Shown piece by piece: positions 59,913 through 64,000 of a stretch of DNA of 64,000 nt (positions within the stretch are counted from its first letter, which is position 1; every line of letters starts with the position of its first letter). The translations under genes and the position numbers were made by a program. Below the pieces are notes generated by a model. The model did no database searches, was not told the DNA's origin, and was given only the letters and a program-made list of their open reading frames with translations. The stretch comes from an uncultured Thermococci archaeon. GTDB lineage: Archaea > Methanobacteriota_B > Thermococci > Methanofastidiosales > B48-G16. The DNA lies in the NCBI GenBank assembly GCA_964595645.1, contig CAZQQT010000007.1, positions 64,001-128,000 on the forward strand, read 5' to 3'.

Positions 59913-60496
59913 ACTATCCCCTTTGTGCTTGGTATAGCGTTTTTTCGCCGTTTTTCAATAGTGCACGCCCTCTTCAACGAATGTCCGAAGGCTTTAAAGA
60001 TTGCCTCGATCTTGTGGTGATCGGAACGGCCGTAATACACGTGCACATGAAGTGTGGCCCCCAACGATCCAACAATCCCCTGAAAAAAATCGTTTAACAA
60101 CTCAGTAGAGAGATCACCAACTCTCTTGTTTTCAAAGGTTGCATGCATGGTGAGATGGGTTCTGTTGGATATATCGACGGCAGTCATTGCCAACGCGTCA
60201 TCCATGGGGCAGACAAAGAACCCCGTCCTACAAATGCCTCTTTTATCACGCAATGCTTTCCTAAAAGCTTCGCCCAGTACAATTCCTGTATCTTCGACAG
60301 TGTGGTGCTGATCCACCGCTGTATCACCGTGTACTTCCATTTCCAGATCAAAGACTCCATGCTTCGCAAAGGTCTCCAACATGTGCGTTAAAAACCCTAT
60401 AGGTGTTTTTACAGTGCTCTCTCCCGTTCCATCAAGGTTGAGCTCTATTCGTATCTGTGTCTCCTTTGTGTTTCTCTCAACAACAGCAGTTCTCAT
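59909..60496 (-). CDS. hisB: Imidazoleglycerol-phosphate dehydratase (monofunctional)
   Basis: RNTKET, FLTHML, DQHHTVED, PMDD, DHHKIEAIFKA, PSTKG. Confidence 0.97.
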   Translation of the reverse strand: MRTAVVERNTKETQIRIELNLDGTGESTVKTPIGFLTHMLETFAKHGVFDLEMEVHGDTAVDQHHTVEDTGIVLGEAFRKALRDKRGICRTGFFVCPMDDALAMTAVDISNRTHLTMHATFENKRVGDLSTELLNDFFQGIVGSLGATLHVHVYYGRSDHHKIEAIFKAFGHSLKRACTIEKRRKNAIPSTKGIV

Positions 60497-61560
60497 ATTG
60501 ACACATCTCCCATTCCTTTTTCCTCTCGGGGTAGAATATCTCTCAGTACGCTAAGAAACGCGGTATTTTCGCTGCGGGTACCGACAGTTACTCGAAGATA
60601 TCCGTCCATTACTGGCAATGAGCTGAGATCCTTCACCAGTATTCCCCTTTTCTCTAAGGCGTTTTTGATACACTCGGCATCCTGTCCCACATTGACCAAG
60701 ATGAAATTTGTAGCCGTAGTACGCGTGTTAACGCCCAGTTTTCTCAATGCACTGGAAAGAAACGCCTTTTCCTTCTGTATATGGTTGACCATGCGACCTA
60801 TATAGGCAGTATCGGCAAGTGCTGCTCTCCCTGCAGCAACAGCTGCAGCATTAACAGAAAAAGGAGAAACCACCTTTCGAAGCTCGTCAATGATCTCTTC
60901 ACTCGCTACGGCCATACCCAGCCGCAGACCGGCCAGCCCAAATGCCTTGGAAAAGCTGTGGACTGTAATGAGGTTTTCGAACTCCTCGACGAGATCGACG
61001 TACGACTCACCGGCAAAGTGGTAGTAGGTTTCATCCAGCACGACCAGTGAGTTGCTCATTTCCTCCATGATGTCAACGAACTCATCTTTGTCGATGCACG
61101 TGCCGGTGGGGCTTCCTGGATTCACAACAACCACAAGCTTCCCTGACTGTGATACGAGGCGTTTCGTTGGAAAGGAAAGATCCTCATTGTACATCACAGG
61201 TACCACCTGTGCTCCTCGTATCTGTGCCAAGATTTCGTACATGGGAAATGTCGGAGAGGGGAGTATCGCCCTATCTCCCTTTCCAATGTACGCGTTCATC
61301 GCCGCTTGAATCGCTCCATTGGCACCATTGGTGAGAAGAATATTTTCAGGGGGTACTGCTAAATACGTTGAAATTTCCTCAACTAACTGAGAATAATCCG
61401 GGTATAAGCTTATATCATTGGAATCCAGAGCGTGAAGAGCTTCTAGTGCCTTCGATGAGCAGCCTCTAGTATTCTCGTTGAGGTTCAGCCGTATAGCAGA
61501 TTTTCGTAATTTAGGTGGTAGATACGGTGAAACCTCAGCCAGTTCCTCACGAGCTCTCAC
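60493..61560 (-). CDS. hisC: Histidinol-phosphate aminotransferase
   Basis: LNLNEN, NP.SPTG, DETY, SFSKAFGLAGLRLG, NFIL, LRVTVGT. Confidence 0.93.
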   Translation of the reverse strand: MRAREELAEVSPYLPPKLRKSAIRLNLNENTRGCSSKALEALHALDSNDISLYPDYSQLVEEISTYLAVPPENILLTNGANGAIQAAMNAYIGKGDRAILPSPTFPMYEILAQIRGAQVVPVMYNEDLSFPTKRLVSQSGKLVVVVNPGSPTGTCIDKDEFVDIMEEMSNSLVVLDETYYHFAGESYVDLVEEFENLITVHSFSKAFGLAGLRLGMAVASEEIIDELRKVVSPFSVNAAAVAAGRAALADTAYIGRMVNHIQKEKAFLSSALRKLGVNTRTTATNFILVNVGQDAECIKNALEKRGILVKDLSSLPVMDGYLRVTVGTRSENTAFLSVLRDILPREEKGMGDVSI

Positions 61561-62411
61561 AGGACCACCTTCCGCAACTCGTACTCCAGAATGTCGGTCG
61601 CACCGAGGTTTTTGAGTTGTGGTATCAGTTTTGCTGTTTCCGTCCGTTTCACCGCAATTTTTACCGCGTACCCTTTCTCCCCATAGAGTGGTGCCATAGT
61701 TGGAGATCGCATGCAGGGGAGACTCTGAATGATTTCATCGGCTCTCTCTTGAGGAACGTTCATCTCAAGCATGACCCGTTCCCGGGCGTCAAGTACCGCC
61801 TCAAACAGCGTCGTTAATTCGTCGATCTTCTCTCGTTTCCAGGGATCCTCCAACGCCTTTCTACTTCCGATAAATCGAGTGGATGAGTTCAAAAGTGTGC
61901 TGACAACGTGGAGGTTGTGCTTCTCGAGTGTCCGTCCAGTGGAGGTGTTATCAACGATCATATCAGCATCGTCAGGAGGAAAAACCTCTGTTGCACCGTG
62001 GGTCCGTAAAAATACGTAGTCGTATCCTTCTTTCTTAAGAAAATTCGTGGTGATTCTCTCGTACTCAGACGCAACGACGATCCTTCTCTCATGGAGATTT
62101 TCGTGCAGAAGATCCTCCGGTACCGCCGCCACAATTTGTACGGGATCGAACCCGAGATCCAGTACCTCCACCACATCCGCACCTGTTTCAAGTACCCAAT
62201 CATGTCCAGTAACCCCGACATCGTGCGATCCCAGCTCGAGAAGTGTTGGGATATTCTGCGGTTTCATTATTTTCATTTCAAGCTCTGTGTCACTGACAGT
62301 AGGTCTGTACGTTCGCTCCTTTACCTCTATCCGTATGCCTGCCTCGTTCAGAAGGCCGATCACATTCCCATGAATCCTACCCTTCGGTATAACAATTCGT
62401 AATGTTGTCAC
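61557..62411 (-). CDS. hisG: ATP phosphoribosyltransferase, long form
   Basis: IPKGR, G.TG.D, VASEY, GATE, D.IVD..STG.TL, C-terminal regulatory domain (PCMRSPT...LGATDIL); GGAGGTG SD. Confidence 0.96.
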   Translation of the reverse strand: MTTLRIVIPKGRIHGNVIGLLNEAGIRIEVKERTYRPTVSDTELEMKIMKPQNIPTLLELGSHDVGVTGHDWVLETGADVVEVLDLGFDPVQIVAAVPEDLLHENLHERRIVVASEYERITTNFLKKEGYDYVFLRTHGATEVFPPDDADMIVDNTSTGRTLEKHNLHVVSTLLNSSTRFIGSRKALEDPWKREKIDELTTLFEAVLDARERVMLEMNVPQERADEIIQSLPCMRSPTMAPLYGEKGYAVKIAVKRTETAKLIPQLKNLGATDILEYELRKVVL

Positions 62412-62443
62412 AAAAGCACCTCCCCTCTTAAAAAGGAGATTAG
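62412..62443 (-). promoter_or_regulatory. Hairpin sequestering the hisG Shine-Dalgarno site, with a U5 tract
   Basis: mRNA AUCUCCUUUUUAAGAGGGGAGGUGCUUUU-GUG: AUCUCCUUU (62440-62432) can pair with AGGGGAGGU (62426-62418), which covers most of the SD GGAGGUG (62423-62417). Confidence 0.6.
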
Positions 62444-62521
62444 TTATCGATGGTGATGCAGTCCCGACACTACCTTAGAAATACCAATGTTCGTAGGTGT
62501 ACATTGTTGGTCAGGATACAT
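62444..62521 (-). CDS. Putative his operon leader peptide (HisL-like) MYPDQQCTPTNIGISKVVSGLHHHR
   Basis: ATG 62521 to TAA 62444; CAT-CAC-CAT at 62458-62450; 32 nt upstream of the hisG start. Confidence 0.72.
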   Translation of the reverse strand: MYPDQQCTPTNIGISKVVSGLHHHR

Positions 62522-62543
62522 CACGCCTCTTTCTCTTTGTCCC

Positions 62544-62560
62544 TTTATAAATGTTTTCCC
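62544..62560 (-). promoter_or_regulatory. Archaeal promoter (BRE + TATA) of the his operon
   Basis: GGGAAAACA-TTTATAAA on the minus strand; standard spacing puts the TSS at about 62521-62524, on the leader start codon. Confidence 0.65.
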
Positions 62561-62795
62561 AGCATAAAGTTTTAAAGGATGTACCTATTCTCATTCGCAT
62601 GCTCCGTTGAAGAAAAAAGAGAGCGTTTTTTCTACATTTTTATTACTTTAATAAACTATTTCTGAATTAGAACGCGACGAAGTATTTTTCAGTGCTTTTG
62701 AGGCATATAAGAGAAAATTGGAAAAAACACAACAGCTTCTGAGAATGAGAAAATCTTTTAAAGACATATATGCAGAAGAGAATAAAGAGAGTACT

Positions 62796-63554
62796 ATGAA
62801 AATCTTTATTATAGCAGCTGCACTGACTCTTACTGTTGTTGCGATCTTTGTGTATACTCAGGAGGAACCACCCATGGAAGAGAAAAACATGACTCATAAA
62901 ATAGAAATGCCTCCCATCGACCTCGATACGCCAGCTGAGACGAAAACGGCAACCTTCGCCCTCGGCTGCTTTTGGGGTGCTGAGTCCACCTTTGGCTGCG
63001 TTCCGGGTGTGATCAGAACTCGTGTCGGATATGCGGGAGGCACCACCGAGAATCCAACCTATCGTAATATCGACGATCATATTGAAACCGTCCAGATCGA
63101 GTACGATCCCACGATGGTATCCTACGAAGAACTCCTCGAGATCTTCTGGAACGCGCATACCCCCACGTCACAACCGTGGAAACGGCAGTACATGTCTGTA
63201 ATATTCACTCATACAAACGAGCAAAGAGAACTGGCTTCTTCAACACGAAATCGCGAGGCGAAAATCCAGAGAGAGATCGCGACAGAAATCATAGCCTTCT
63301 CGAAATTTTATCCTGCTGAGGACTACCACCAAAAGTACCATCTCCAGCAGTATACGAAGCTTATGAACGAGTTTACAACTGTCTACCCAAATTCTAAGGA
63401 TTTTATCAACTCTACCGCCGTAACACGAACGAATGGATATGTGGGTGGGTGTGGCACCCTGGCAGATCTCCAAGAAGAGATAGACCAGCTCGGACTCTCA
63501 AAAGAGGGGAAGAAGTATCTGTTAGAGATTGTGAGTGGAAGAAAATACCGTTAA
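62796..63554 (+). CDS. msrA: Peptide methionine sulfoxide reductase A with N-terminal signal/anchor
   Basis: FALGCFWG, GVIRTRVGYAGG, PTY, H.E, FYPAEDYHQKY; hydrophobic N-terminus MKIFIIAAALTLTVVAIFVY. Confidence 0.92.
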   Translation: MKIFIIAAALTLTVVAIFVYTQEEPPMEEKNMTHKIEMPPIDLDTPAETKTATFALGCFWGAESTFGCVPGVIRTRVGYAGGTTENPTYRNIDDHIETVQIEYDPTMVSYEELLEIFWNAHTPTSQPWKRQYMSVIFTHTNEQRELASSTRNREAKIQREIATEIIAFSKFYPAEDYHQKYHLQQYTKLMNEFTTVYPNSKDFINSTAVTRTNGYVGGCGTLADLQEEIDQLGLSKEGKKYLLEIVSGRKYR

Positions 63555-63648
63555 ATAAGATGAAAAAAAAGAATAGAGAGGAGAGAGCACGGCACGGTAT
63601 GAAAAAAACACGAAGGGGGGCGATACGATAGAAAAGGAACGAGGAGCC

Positions 63649-64000
63649 ATGGACAGTCAGTTGAAATGGAGATGGGGTATCGGCATGACCTTAATGATCG
63701 TGGAAATCCTCCTTTTTATCATCTACCATAGACCAGCCATCGTCTGGCTCGGCAATCTCGGCTGGATACTCCTCTGGATTGCAGCATTTTTGGCAGTAAT
63801 TCCTGTTTTCACTCTCCGCAAACGAGGAGGAGTGACAGAGGGGAAAAGTTATATTGAGACCACGACACTCGTGGATACTGGACTCTACGGGGTGGTACGA
63901 CATCCGCAATATCTCTCCTTTATGCTCATCTGTGTCGGCATTATCCTCGCGGCTCAGGGATGGATAGTGACAGCTGTTGGCATTCCTGCTACGCTCGCGA
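63649..64000 (+). CDS. ICMT/PEMT family membrane methyltransferase (runs off the window end)
   Basis: GAGGAG SD, MDSQLKWRWG...TTLVDTGLYGVVRHPQYL. Confidence 0.85.
   Translation, partial: MDSQLKWRWGIGMTLMIVEILLFIIYHRPAIVWLGNLGWILLWIAAFLAVIPVFTLRKRGGVTEGKSYIETTTLVDTGLYGVVRHPQYLSFMLICVGIILAAQGWIVTAVGIPATLA

Noticed and set aside
62475-62504. Alternate-frame minus-strand mini-ORF MYTYEHWYF* inside the his leader
   Set aside because: Aromatic-rich and curious, but it has no SD, is not at the predicted TSS and has only one His; the HHH frame fits the operon much better.

Overview
An archaeal chromosomal window, judged from TATA-box promoters, GAGGTGA/GGAGG Shine-Dalgarno sites, FEN1, tungsten-family aldehyde:ferredoxin oxidoreductases and a Methanosarcina-type beta-propeller surface protein. 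The gene style suggests Theionarchaea/Methanofastidiosia, but this is inference only. Layout: (1) 1-10 kb, an AT-rich catabolic operon (ECF transporter, CapA-like hydrolase, M19 dipeptidase, racemase, divergent AOR-family enzyme, MFS) with a divergent Lrp regulator. (2) 10-27 kb, a defence island: multi-domain McrB, frameshifted McrC, a PD-(D/E)xK protein, type I R-M with a PIN-GNAT-EVE/ASCH cassette between hsdM and hsdS, a YgjP-like protein and RadC. (3) 27-56 kb, ABC exporters, three toxin-antitoxin pairs whose toxins are all broken, fen plus a lig pseudogene, glnA-like, menA, class II photolyase and a hom/aminotransferase/AOR/U32-like operon. (4) 56-62.4 kb, a his operon with a HisA-HisI-HisE fusion, then msrA. 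The most notable signal is an unannotated 25-codon leader ORF ending in His-His-His-Arg-stop directly upstream of hisG. It sits at leaderless spacing from a TATA box and is followed by a hairpin that can sequester the hisG Shine-Dalgarno site. This is a candidate histidine-sensing ribosome-stalling attenuator in an archaeon. No rRNA, tRNA, CRISPR array or transposase was recognised.
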